Virus record (IMG/VR): IMGVR_UViG_3300022744_000011
Direction: 5' to 3' (one strand)
DNA length: 43,447 nt
Source of the DNA: a virus
The notes under the pieces are model-generated. The model was not told the origin of the DNA and searched no databases. It saw nothing but the letters and a program-made list of their open reading frames with translations. Positions 10,548-17,852 of this stretch are shown here, one piece after another. The first letter of the stretch is position 1; every line of letters starts with the position of its first letter. The translations under genes and the position numbers were made by a program.

Positions 10548-12203
10548 ATGGGTACAGTAAATTTAGGGAAGATTGCATTCTCTTGGAAAGGTGTGTATGC
10601 CGCAGGCACCACCTATAGCAAGCAGGATGTAGTCTCCTACAATGGCGATAGTTACGTCTGTATTGCTGATGCAACCATCGGAGTAACTCCTACAGTAAAC
10701 GGGCCTAAGTGGCAGTTGTTTGCGCAGGGTACGCAAGGTGTCTCCAGCTCCGCTGGCGAAGTAATTTACCATAATGGTACAACACTTGCCGCGCTAGCTG
10801 CTGGTACTGCTGGTCAAGTGTTGACGGTCAACTCATCTGGTATGCCCTCATGGGGTACTCCTGATGTGCGCTCTGGCACAAAGGTAAAGAAACTTTGCAA
10901 CGCATCAAAGAATCGTCAGACTGCTTGCTACCGCAATTTTGGTGTCATTATGAATGACAACACCGTGCGCCGTTGGGGACGTAACGACAACTACAACCTT
11001 GGCGATGGCACTACATTTGCACGTAGTACACCTGTGCGTCCGGGCTTCCCCACTGGCTTCCCCGGCGCGGCTGAATTGTACGAGACGCACGATGGTGCAC
11101 GCTACTGTTTAGACGTGAATGGTAAATTGTGGTCGTGGGGTTACAACGGCTACGGTCAACTTGGTGCGAACGATACAACAGCACGCACTGTTCCGTTCTA
11201 CGCGAGTGGTCTATCTACAAGCTCCATCTACAACAAGACTGTTGTGCAAGTAGCCACTGCTGGAGGCAATGAAGGCTATCAAAGCGTACTCGTACTTTGC
11301 AGTGATGGTACTGTACACTCCTGTGGCTACAACGGCTACGGTCAATTAGGGCTTGGTGACGTTACACAACGCAACCAGTTTGTCCAGTTACCTGTGCTTG
11401 CCAACGTGACCCAATTAGTTACTGGCCGTGAACGCTACACTGCATGCTATGCAGTTACTTCTGATGGTAAGTTGTACTCGTGGGGCTACAACGGTGATGG
11501 TCAACTTGGTGACGGTGGCGTAACACAGGCAAACTTGCCCGTGCAGCGCACTGGTGGTACGCTTGCAGGCAAGACTATTGTGAAAGTCTTTGGCGGTTAC
11601 ATGTGTGCTTTTGCTCTTGACAGCACAGGTACCTTACATGGCTGGGGAACAAACGTCACTTATGGGCCTCTGGGTAATGGTACACTGGCAAACCAGTTTA
11701 CACCTGTGCAATGTGCGACCAGTGTGGCCGACTGCTATACAACAACCTACGACTACCCCGTTACGCTTATTAAGAAGACGGATGGTACGCTATGGGGCTG
11801 TGGTGCAGGCAACTACTCCGCTAATGGTGTTGTTGCTGCAACAGTTAGTTCCACCTTCGTGCAACTTCCTGTTGGCAACACTGTAGTGAAAGCCGTTATT
11901 GGTGGTACAGGTTCATACAACTTCGGCGCAGCGCTTCTCGCTAACGGCACAGTGTATGTGTGGGGCTACAATGGCAACGGCCAGCTTGGCGTAGGTGATG
12001 TTACAGTGCGTAGTTCTCCTGTTCTTGCTCCTATTGGTGTGCGTACCGTAACAGATATTGCCGCCTATGGTAATACATCTGAGGGTGGCCTCGTCTTTCT
12101 CATGGATGATGGACAGGTTATGGTGTCGGGTTATGCTGGTCAATACATGAACGGTGACTATAACTCGAACAACTCGTACACACCTTTACCTATCGTCTTC
12201 TAA
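10548..12203 (+). CDS. receptor-binding tail protein 2, canonical seven-repeat RCC1-like beta-propeller
   Basis: AAGGA RBS; repeats WSWGYNGYGQLGANDT, SCGYNGYGQLGLGDV, YSWGYNGDGQLGDGGV, VWGYNGNGQLGVGDV plus three weaker copies; N-terminal FSWKGVYAAGTTYSKQDVVSYNGDSYVCIAD resembles CBM5/12-type motif. Confidence 0.75.
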   Translation: MGTVNLGKIAFSWKGVYAAGTTYSKQDVVSYNGDSYVCIADATIGVTPTVNGPKWQLFAQGTQGVSSSAGEVIYHNGTTLAALAAGTAGQVLTVNSSGMPSWGTPDVRSGTKVKKLCNASKNRQTACYRNFGVIMNDNTVRRWGRNDNYNLGDGTTFARSTPVRPGFPTGFPGAAELYETHDGARYCLDVNGKLWSWGYNGYGQLGANDTTARTVPFYASGLSTSSIYNKTVVQVATAGGNEGYQSVLVLCSDGTVHSCGYNGYGQLGLGDVTQRNQFVQLPVLANVTQLVTGRERYTACYAVTSDGKLYSWGYNGDGQLGDGGVTQANLPVQRTGGTLAGKTIVKVFGGYMCAFALDSTGTLHGWGTNVTYGPLGNGTLANQFTPVQCATSVADCYTTTYDYPVTLIKKTDGTLWGCGAGNYSANGVVAATVSSTFVQLPVGNTVVKAVIGGTGSYNFGAALLANGTVYVWGYNGNGQLGVGDVTVRSSPVLAPIGVRTVTDIAAYGNTSEGGLVFLMDDGQVMVSGYAGQYMNGDYNSNNSYTPLPIVF

Positions 12204-12205
12204 TA

Positions 12206-12429
12206 TGACCGACCACAAGACCGAGACTGCTGCGGCAGTCGTGACCAAACTCGGCCCACCCACTTCCGTGTCAATCGCAACAGTAGCTGGCTACTCTGTG
12301 AATGAACTTGTGTTGTGGGCCACGCTCATCTACACAACACTGTTGATCGGCCATAAGCTCTACCAAATCTACAAGGACGTGGTAAAGCCGCGCTGTGATA
12401 TTGGAGAACACAATGACAAAGGCAACTGA
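12206..12429 (+). CDS. holin-like small membrane protein (pinholin-like, two hydrophobic segments)
   Basis: ATG 2 nt after upstream stop; 74 aa with SVSIATVAGYSVNELVLWATLIYTTLLIGHKLY then a charged C-terminus; same position as the T7 gene 17.5 holin (between fiber and small terminase). Confidence 0.5.
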
Positions 12430-12676
12430 GTCGCAACTGAGTACGTTGCATAACGCTATTGCCACTCACCTTACCGAGCGTATCGAGGGTGGTGAAGCGT
12501 CTGCTGCTGAGATCAGTGCTGCGATTAGCTTCTTGAAAAACAACAACATCACCTGTGCTCCAAGTGATGACAACGCCTTGGGCGAGTTGGAGAAGATCAT
12601 GGAGGCTCGACGCGCCAAGCGCTCACCTCCTGTGCTTCCTGACTTCCACGAGGCCATGCCAGAGGGTATGCACTAA
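12413..12676 (+). CDS. terminase small subunit (T7 gp18 / phiKMV-type DNA maturase A)
   Basis: GGAG 12403-12406, 6-nt spacer, ATG 12413 (track start 12395 is upstream and in frame); 87 aa immediately before the large terminase; TAATG coupling to the next gene. Confidence 0.6.
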   Translation: MTKATESQLSTLHNAIATHLTERIEGGEASAAEISAAISFLKNNNITCAPSDDNALGELEKIMEARRAKRSPPVLPDFHEAMPEGMH

Positions 12677-14436
12677 TGGCACGCGAGTCTACACAAAATG
12701 CGCTGCTACGATGGCGCAAACTCGAAGTGGTGCAGAAGCACTACCGCGAGTTCATCCCTTTTCTTGAGGAGGTGATGCACCTCTTAGGTTTCAGTACCAC
12801 CGAAATCCAGCATGACATTGCGATGTATATCGCTCACGGCCCGCACTACCTTATGGTGCAGGCTCAGCGGGGTCAAGCAAAGACAACCATTTGCGCAGCG
12901 TTCGCTGTGTGGACTCTCATTCACAACCCCCGTGCACGCTGCCTGATTCTGTCGGCGGGTGGTGCACAGGCGAGTGATATTAGCACGCTCATCATCCGAA
13001 TCATTATGACGATGGATGAACTTGAGTGTATGCGACCTGATACAAACAACGGCGACCGCTCGTCGGTGGAGCACTTCGATGTGCACTACTCCCTAAAGGG
13101 CGTGGACAAATCACCAAGTGTAGCCTGCGTGGGTATCACAGGTAACTTGCAGGGTAAGCGTGCAGACTTGCTCATCGCTGACGACATTGAATCTACAAAG
13201 AACTCAATGACAGCGGTGCAGCGTGCACAGCTCATGCACTTGACGTTGGACTTTACCTCCATCTGTTCGACAGGCCGGATCATCTGGCTTGGTACGCCTC
13301 AGAGTATGGAGTCGATCTACAATACCTTGCCGGGGCGCGGAGTTTCAATCCGCATTTGGCCCGGGCGCTATCCGACTCCTAAGCAGCGTGAGAACTATGG
13401 CGAGCACTTGGCCCCGTACATTGTACGCAGGCTTGAGCAGAACCCTGAACTAGCGTTCGGTGGTGGTATGCTTGGCGACCAAGGCCAGCCTATTGACTCC
13501 GTGCTGATGAATGAGGACGTTCTGCAAAAGAAAGAACTCGACCAAGGTACAAGTTACTTCCAACTCCAGCACATGCTGAACACCAAGCTGGTGGACGCAT
13601 TACGCTACCCATTGAAACTCGAACAACTTGTTGTGATGGCTGTGCAATCGCGCATGCCTATGACTGTTGTGCGTGGTTTTGGTGGAGCCTCGCTTCGTGA
13701 CTACCACGTTCACACGTTTGGTTTTAAGGTGTCTACACCTCACGAGCTTTCTCCTGAGACTGCTCAGTTCCAAGGGATCATTTGTTATATTGATCCTGCG
13801 GGCGGCGGTATTAACGGTGACGAGACGGCTTACGCTGTCACTGGTTTTCTCAACGGCAACGTGTACCTCCTAGACATAGGCGGGTTGCCCGGTGGTTACT
13901 CTCTCACCGTACTCGAAGAACTTGCAAAGCGCGTGGCCATTTGGAAGCCCAACACAATCATCATTGAAAAGAACATGGGTTACGGTGCATTCCGTGAAGT
14001 GTTCTTACCCGTACTACACAAAGTGCATAAGTGTGCCGTCGAAGATGACATGGTACACGGCCAGAAAGAACAGCGGATCATTAACACCTTAGAGCCTGTC
14101 ATTGGCCGAGGTGCATTGATCGTGAATGAGTCAATCATCGAACGTGATATTGAGGACTGCAACAGGTACGCTCCGGCGTTGCGCATGCAGTACAGTTTGT
14201 TTCATCAACTTGCGAAGATGACACGCGAACGGAATGCTCTAGTCCATGATGACCGTGCTGATGCCCTTGAGGGCGCAGTGCGTTACTGGCAGGCGTTACT
14301 CCAACAGAACCAAGATGATGCGGTCAAGCGCCAGCGTGACAAAGAGTACGCTGAGCTTATCCGCGATCCACTCAACCACACCCGCTATGGTGTTCCCTCA
14401 ACGCGCAAAGGCCTCTTTGCCAAATACAGAAAGTAA
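12676..14436 (+). CDS. terminase large subunit
   Basis: Walker A-like QRGQAKTT, Walker B LLIADDIE, nuclease-domain IDPAGGGINGDETAY; 586 aa as in T7 gp19. Confidence 0.9.
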   Translation: MARESTQNALLRWRKLEVVQKHYREFIPFLEEVMHLLGFSTTEIQHDIAMYIAHGPHYLMVQAQRGQAKTTICAAFAVWTLIHNPRARCLILSAGGAQASDISTLIIRIIMTMDELECMRPDTNNGDRSSVEHFDVHYSLKGVDKSPSVACVGITGNLQGKRADLLIADDIESTKNSMTAVQRAQLMHLTLDFTSICSTGRIIWLGTPQSMESIYNTLPGRGVSIRIWPGRYPTPKQRENYGEHLAPYIVRRLEQNPELAFGGGMLGDQGQPIDSVLMNEDVLQKKELDQGTSYFQLQHMLNTKLVDALRYPLKLEQLVVMAVQSRMPMTVVRGFGGASLRDYHVHTFGFKVSTPHELSPETAQFQGIICYIDPAGGGINGDETAYAVTGFLNGNVYLLDIGGLPGGYSLTVLEELAKRVAIWKPNTIIIEKNMGYGAFREVFLPVLHKVHKCAVEDDMVHGQKEQRIINTLEPVIGRGALIVNESIIERDIEDCNRYAPALRMQYSLFHQLAKMTRERNALVHDDRADALEGAVRYWQALLQQNQDDAVKRQRDKEYAELIRDPLNHTRYGVPSTRKGLFAKYRK

Positions 14437-14438
14437 AT

Positions 14439-14933
14439 ATGAAATACGATGCACTCCCATCTCCCGGCTTTATCGGCTCCGGCCTCGAATTGCAGAAGCA
14501 ATGTGTCAAAGCAATCAGCTACACCGAAGTCATGGCCTCTCTCAAGGGTGGCAAGACTGAGCAAGCCAAGAGCTTGACCACATTCTTCAACGCCTGCGTA
14601 GCTGCTGTTGCTGCTTTCGTGGATAGCGTGTTGCCCACGTTCACCTCTGCGGTTGTGAACCGCGCTGCTGCACCCAAGACATTGACTATCACACTGAGCG
14701 AAGGCTTGGATGCGACTGTTGTGCCTGCGGCTTCTGCCTTCACATTGTCGCAAGGTGGCCCTGTGGCTGCTGTGTCCGTGGTGGGCAACACTGTTGTGCT
14801 CACCAGCACCACTGCATTCACTGCGTCTGCCATCACTGTGGCGTATACACAGCCCGGTGTCAACGGTGTGCGTGACACATCCGGCAACTTGCTGGCTACG
14901 TTTGGTGCCCAAGCTGTAACTAACAACGCCTAA
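14439..14933 (+). CDS. Ig-like (Big_5/SbsA-type repeat) domain protein with one hydrophobic segment
   Basis: C-terminal about 85 aa PTFTSAVVNRAAAPKTLTITLSEGLD...FTLSQGGPVAAVSVVGNTVVLTSTT...ITVAYTQPGVNGVRDTSGN matches the bacterial Ig-like repeat pattern; central LTTFFNACVAAVAAFVDSVLPTF is hydrophobic. Confidence 0.5.
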   Translation: MKYDALPSPGFIGSGLELQKQCVKAISYTEVMASLKGGKTEQAKSLTTFFNACVAAVAAFVDSVLPTFTSAVVNRAAAPKTLTITLSEGLDATVVPAASAFTLSQGGPVAAVSVVGNTVVLTSTTAFTASAITVAYTQPGVNGVRDTSGNLLATFGAQAVTNNA

Positions 14934-15400
14934 TGAGTAAAGCCCGACTTGCAGCCCTTGTGGTGAGCGTGGCCGGGCTTGGCTTTATCGCCACTCACGA
15001 AGGTAAGAGCAACACCGCTTATCAAGACCCTGCCTACGGATGGGGCGTACCCACCATCTGCTATGGTCACACGGCCACAGCAGAACGGGGACAAGTACGT
15101 ACCGATCAACAATGCCTTGTGCTTCTCGCTGCTGATGCGGCAGAGGCCTCGACTGCGGTTCTTGATTTAGCTAAGGTGCCTTTAACTCAGGGTGAGCTTG
15201 ACGCTTACACAAGTTTTACCTTCAATGTGGGGCGAGGCAACTTAGCTAAGTCCACATTACTCAAGAAACTCAACGCTGGCGACCACATTGGCGCTTGCAA
15301 TCAACTACTTCGCTGGGATTACGCCGGGGCAGTCAAGCTGGCTGGGCTAACCAAGCGCCGCCGTGACGAGAATGCCCTATGTCTAAGAGATATACAGTAA
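14933..15400 (+). CDS. SAR endolysin (GH24 lambda/P21-type lysozyme)
   Basis: N-terminal weakly hydrophobic ARLAALVVSVAGLGFIA followed by catalytic THEGKSNTAYQD...TICYGHT; TAATG coupling to the upstream gene. Confidence 0.85.
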   Translation: MSKARLAALVVSVAGLGFIATHEGKSNTAYQDPAYGWGVPTICYGHTATAERGQVRTDQQCLVLLAADAAEASTAVLDLAKVPLTQGELDAYTSFTFNVGRGNLAKSTLLKKLNAGDHIGACNQLLRWDYAGAVKLAGLTKRRRDENALCLRDIQ

Positions 15401-15792
15401 AGGCCAGTCCATATAGCGCAGCAATACACGACTTGCAGAAGGCATGTCTTCCGGGTGATGAGCCTATCGACGATGAGCCGCAAAGCCTATACTGGCTTGC
15501 GTTTAACGACCATGAGCCTGTGGCGTTCATAGTCATGTATCGCTATACCGACTGTTGGTACCTCAAACGTGCGGGCACCCTACCTGAACATGAGGGCAAC
15601 CGCTTATATCCCCGCCTTCTGCGTGCGGCCTTCAAGGCCATGCGCAAGGCTGGCATGCGAACCTGCATAACGGACACAGCCAACTGGAATACGCGCTCGG
15701 CCAACGGCCTAATACGCGCTGGCTTTCGCCTATACACCCCAAACTTCAAATGGGGCTGGGCAGACGGCCTATACTGGAAAGTAAACCTGTGA
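15379..15792 (+). CDS. GNAT-family N-acetyltransferase-like protein
   Basis: 137 aa; pattern VAFIVMYRY..WYLKRAGTLPEHEGNRLYPRLL...RKAGMRTC...N.RSANGLIRAGFRL resembles GNAT motifs A and B; overlaps the endolysin 3' end by 22 nt; start uncertain. Confidence 0.5.
   Translation: MSKRYTVKASPYSAAIHDLQKACLPGDEPIDDEPQSLYWLAFNDHEPVAFIVMYRYTDCWYLKRAGTLPEHEGNRLYPRLLRAAFKAMRKAGMRTCITDTANWNTRSANGLIRAGFRLYTPNFKWGWADGLYWKVNL
15408..15420 (+). promoter_or_regulatory. candidate phage-RNAP promoter core (TCCATATAGCGCA)
   Basis: Copy of the recurrent motif just downstream of the endolysin stop and upstream of the spanin genes. Confidence 0.35.
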
Positions 15793-16115
15793 AATACATC
15801 ATAACCGCCCTGTGCGCCCTATGTTTGGCGTGCGCTGGGTACGCATCGTGGATGCACCAGAAGGCCGCGCAAGCGGCTATCGTGATTGATCGACAGTCTG
15901 GTGTCATCCGTGACCAAAAGGAGGCTCTAGATGCCCAAGAACAAACGGCCAAGCGGCTTGAACGTGTGGCCCAGCTCAAGGCTGCACAAGACCAAGCGGC
16001 CTTGCGGCGATTACGCGCCTCAATCACCGCAGAAAATGCGGCAATCAAGCTGGCTCCTGAGTGGGCTGGTGTGCCTATCCCTGCTCCTGTCATTGACTGG
16101 CTGCGGCAGCACTGA
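15789..16115 (+). CDS. Rz: i-spanin (Rz-like)
   Basis: GTG 15789 overlaps upstream TGA (GTGA), GGAAAG 7 nt upstream; N-terminal TM IITALCALCLACAGYASW, then a charged coiled coil, C-terminal WAGVPIPAPVIDWL; the track start 15750 lacks an RBS. Confidence 0.7.
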   Translation: MKYIITALCALCLACAGYASWMHQKAAQAAIVIDRQSGVIRDQKEALDAQEQTAKRLERVAQLKAAQDQAALRRLRASITAENAAIKLAPEWAGVPIPAPVIDWLRQH

Positions 16116-16296
16116 GTACATCAAGGTTCGACAGCGTGACTTACCTCCCGCTGGCCTCCTGCAAGATTGCGCTGAGCCCTCCCCCACTGGGGTAACAACC
16201 AATGGTGAGCTTGTGTCCTACGTGGGCCAGCTCCGTTGGGTTCTCCGTAACTGTAACAACGACAAATCTGCTCTCCGTGAGTGGGCAAAGGATTAA
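16036..16296 (+). CDS. Rz1: o-spanin lipoprotein (Rz1-like), overlapping the 3' end of Rz in another frame
   Basis: ATG 16036 gives MRQSSWLLSGLVCLSLLLSLTGC with lipobox LTGC; Pro-containing mature part; starts inside Rz and extends beyond it (overlapped architecture). Confidence 0.75.
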   Translation: MRQSSWLLSGLVCLSLLLSLTGCGSTEYIKVRQRDLPPAGLLQDCAEPSPTGVTTNGELVSYVGQLRWVLRNCNNDKSALREWAKD

Positions 16297-16297
16297 C

Positions 16298-16687
16298 ATG
16301 ACTGACAAATTTGGCTTACCCGCAGATGCAGTAGCCGTCAATATCAACGTGGGTGTAGTCGCCAACGCTGCAATGAACGCAGTGATGCCTGCTGTGCCCG
16401 GCTATATTAACGTCTTACGTGGTTTTAAGATCACTGGTACGGGTGCAACAGCCGCTTCTGCTATTGATGTGACCACTACTGGCTGTGGTGCTGCTGGCCC
16501 TAACCTACGTTTGGCTGTGCCCGCTGGCGTTAATACTAACGCACCTAACACAGCATGGAGTCCTGACTGGCCTAATGGCATTCCTGCCTCAGCAGCAAAC
16601 ACCGCCATTACTGTTAGCGTACCAGCCTTCGGTGCAGGTAACACTGGCGCTGCTATTAGTCTGTATGGCTACCGCATTCGTGCGTAA
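16298..16687 (+). CDS. hypothetical protein, Gly/Ala/Asn/Thr-rich, last gene before the non-coding region
   Basis: ATG 16298 follows Rz1 TAA by 1 nt, AAGGA 16288-16292; 129 aa; no motif recognised. Confidence 0.6.
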   Translation: MTDKFGLPADAVAVNINVGVVANAAMNAVMPAVPGYINVLRGFKITGTGATAASAIDVTTTGCGAAGPNLRLAVPAGVNTNAPNTAWSPDWPNGIPASAANTAITVSVPAFGAGNTGAAISLYGYRIRA

Positions 16688-16788
16688 TGCTTAGCGTTAA
16701 GCCGTGATAGCGACCTAAATTTGGGTAGCATAAGCGCGGGGGTACCTCCGATCCGATGCGCGTGCCCGCTCCCCCATGCGGGTGTGAC

Positions 16789-16839
16789 CGCGTGCGCGTA
16801 GCGCGTGCATGTGCGCGTGTGTATGCGTGCGCGTGCGCG
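16789..16839. repeat. alternating purine-pyrimidine tract (GCGTGC-type), potential Z-DNA former
   Basis: 16801-16839 is a perfect 39-nt R-Y alternation, preceded by a perfect 12-nt run 16789-16800 with one phase slip; checked base by base. Confidence 0.9.
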
Positions 16840-17086
16840 GTAAGTCAGGGGCTGATGCTGCTATCCATGCGCACAGAATGGCGGCTTGATATGCGGGCCT
16901 ACAGCGTGCGATTGTGGGCCGTGGCTGTGCTGCTATTGCCGTGCAGTTTGCGTGCCTTCTAGGGGCCATTGTGGGCCGTGGCGGGCCATTGTGAGCGCAT
17001 GGATACTGTGCGCATGCGTGCTCTATCTGTTTCATGCCTTCACAGCTCACAGCACAGCCATTGCAACACATAGTATTACTGTATAA

Positions 17087-17166
17087 CTGTACAGCATACG
17101 ACCATATAACGCACAATATGCGCACTGTACTGTACAGACATACAGCATGGTACATATAACGCACTA
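17087..17166 (+). repeat. imperfect tandem duplication, each unit ending in CATATAACGCAC (two candidate phage promoters near the putative genome end)
   Basis: CTGTACAGCATACGACCATATAACGCAC (17087-17114) and CTGTACAGACATACAGCATGGTACATATAACGCAC (17130-17164); motif copies at 17101-17113 and 17151-17163. Confidence 0.7.
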
Positions 17167-17212
17167 GGCACGGCTTACCGTATCTATTACGAGACAGACC
17201 GAAGGTCAGAAT

Positions 17213-17327
17213 GCACACCACAACACACACAGCACACCACAGCGCACAGCCTGAGCACACACAGCCACAGCACACACAGAGCGCACACCACAGCAAAGCA
17301 CAGCAAGACACAGAGCACAGCACACAA
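17213..17327 (+). repeat. CA-rich, T-depleted low-complexity tract (degenerate CACAG/CACAC repeats)
   Basis: 115 nt with a single T (17252); repeated CACAGC, GCACAC units; mirrored by GT/GC-rich tract 16757-16850 on the same strand. Confidence 0.9.
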
Positions 17328-17363
17328 TGAACAGTCAGAAGATTGTCAGCTATCTGTAAGAAT

Positions 17364-17388
17364 GAATATGTTACAATGCAAACCATGC
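17364..17388 (+). promoter_or_regulatory. host sigma70-type extended -10 promoter P1
   Basis: TGtTACAAT (-10 at 17372-17377), conserved CATGC 8 nt downstream. Confidence 0.5.
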
Positions 17389-17462
17389 ACTGAGCTACAA
17401 GGCACAGAGCTACAGAGAATGGCAGGCAGTGAGCGAAGCGAGCGCACTATCTGCAAGGGTTT

Positions 17463-17489
17463 AAAACTGTGCTACAATGCACATCATGG
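17463..17489 (+). promoter_or_regulatory. host sigma70-type extended -10 promoter P2
   Basis: AAAACTGTGcTACAATG (-10 at 17473-17478); CATG 8 nt downstream; weak -35 TCTGCA at 17-nt spacing. Confidence 0.55.
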
Positions 17490-17561
17490 AAGGGTTGATA
17501 ATGACAATTCAAGAGATAACACAGGCAGCTATTTACAATGGCTGTATGATGGCAGTTAGCG

Positions 17562-17586
17562 TAATCTGTGCTATACTGCTAAGCAT
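17562..17586 (+). promoter_or_regulatory. host sigma70-type extended -10 promoter P3
   Basis: TAATCTGTGcTATACT (-10 at 17572-17577); -35-like ATGGCA at 17-nt spacing. Confidence 0.5.
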
Positions 17587-17640
17587 TCAATTCTAATCGC
17601 TTGAGCATAGCGTTAAGGCCAAGAGCCTTAGCAGTGTGTT

Positions 17641-17666
17641 TAAACTGTGCTACAATGTAGCCATGC
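17641..17666 (+). promoter_or_regulatory. host sigma70-type extended -10 promoter P4
   Basis: TAAACTGTGcTACAATG (-10 at 17651-17656); -35-like TTAGCA at 17-nt spacing; CATGC 7 nt downstream. Confidence 0.6.
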
Positions 17667-17756
17667 TTTGCAACTGTGGTGTATCCTGTTGGCTCAGGGA
17701 CTACAGCCAAGAACTACACAGCCCGCAAGGGTTGAATGTGTAGCTAAGCAAGGCGC

Positions 17757-17782
17757 TAAATTGTGATACAATGGCAGCATGC
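17757..17782 (+). promoter_or_regulatory. host sigma70-type extended -10 promoter P5
   Basis: TAAATTGTGaTACAATG (-10 at 17767-17772); -35-like TAAGCA; CATGC 7 nt downstream. Confidence 0.55.
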
Positions 17783-17825
17783 TAAGCGGTAGAGATACTG
17801 CAAAGCTCGCAGGGCTTAGGCTCTG

Positions 17826-17852
17826 CAAACTGTGGTACAATGTGCCACATGC
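17826..17852 (+). promoter_or_regulatory. host sigma70-type extended -10 promoter P6
   Basis: CAAACTGTGgTACAATG (-10 at 17836-17841); CATGC 8 nt downstream. Confidence 0.55.

Noticed and set aside
16715-17386. 223-aa Cys/Ala/Val-rich ORF on the - strand in the gene-free region.
   Set aside because: The translation is a direct read-out of the CA/GT/GC low-complexity repeats. It has no RBS and would be the only - strand gene in the genome.
17364-17852. The six regularly spaced repeats considered as a CRISPR-like array or as leaderless mini-genes starting at the conserved CATG.
   Set aside because: The repeats are only about 16-26 nt with irregular 69-116 bp spacing, and they match an extended -10 promoter exactly. 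ORFs starting at the conserved ATGs are inconsistent: two stop after 2 codons and the others run 26-36 codons with no similarity to each other.
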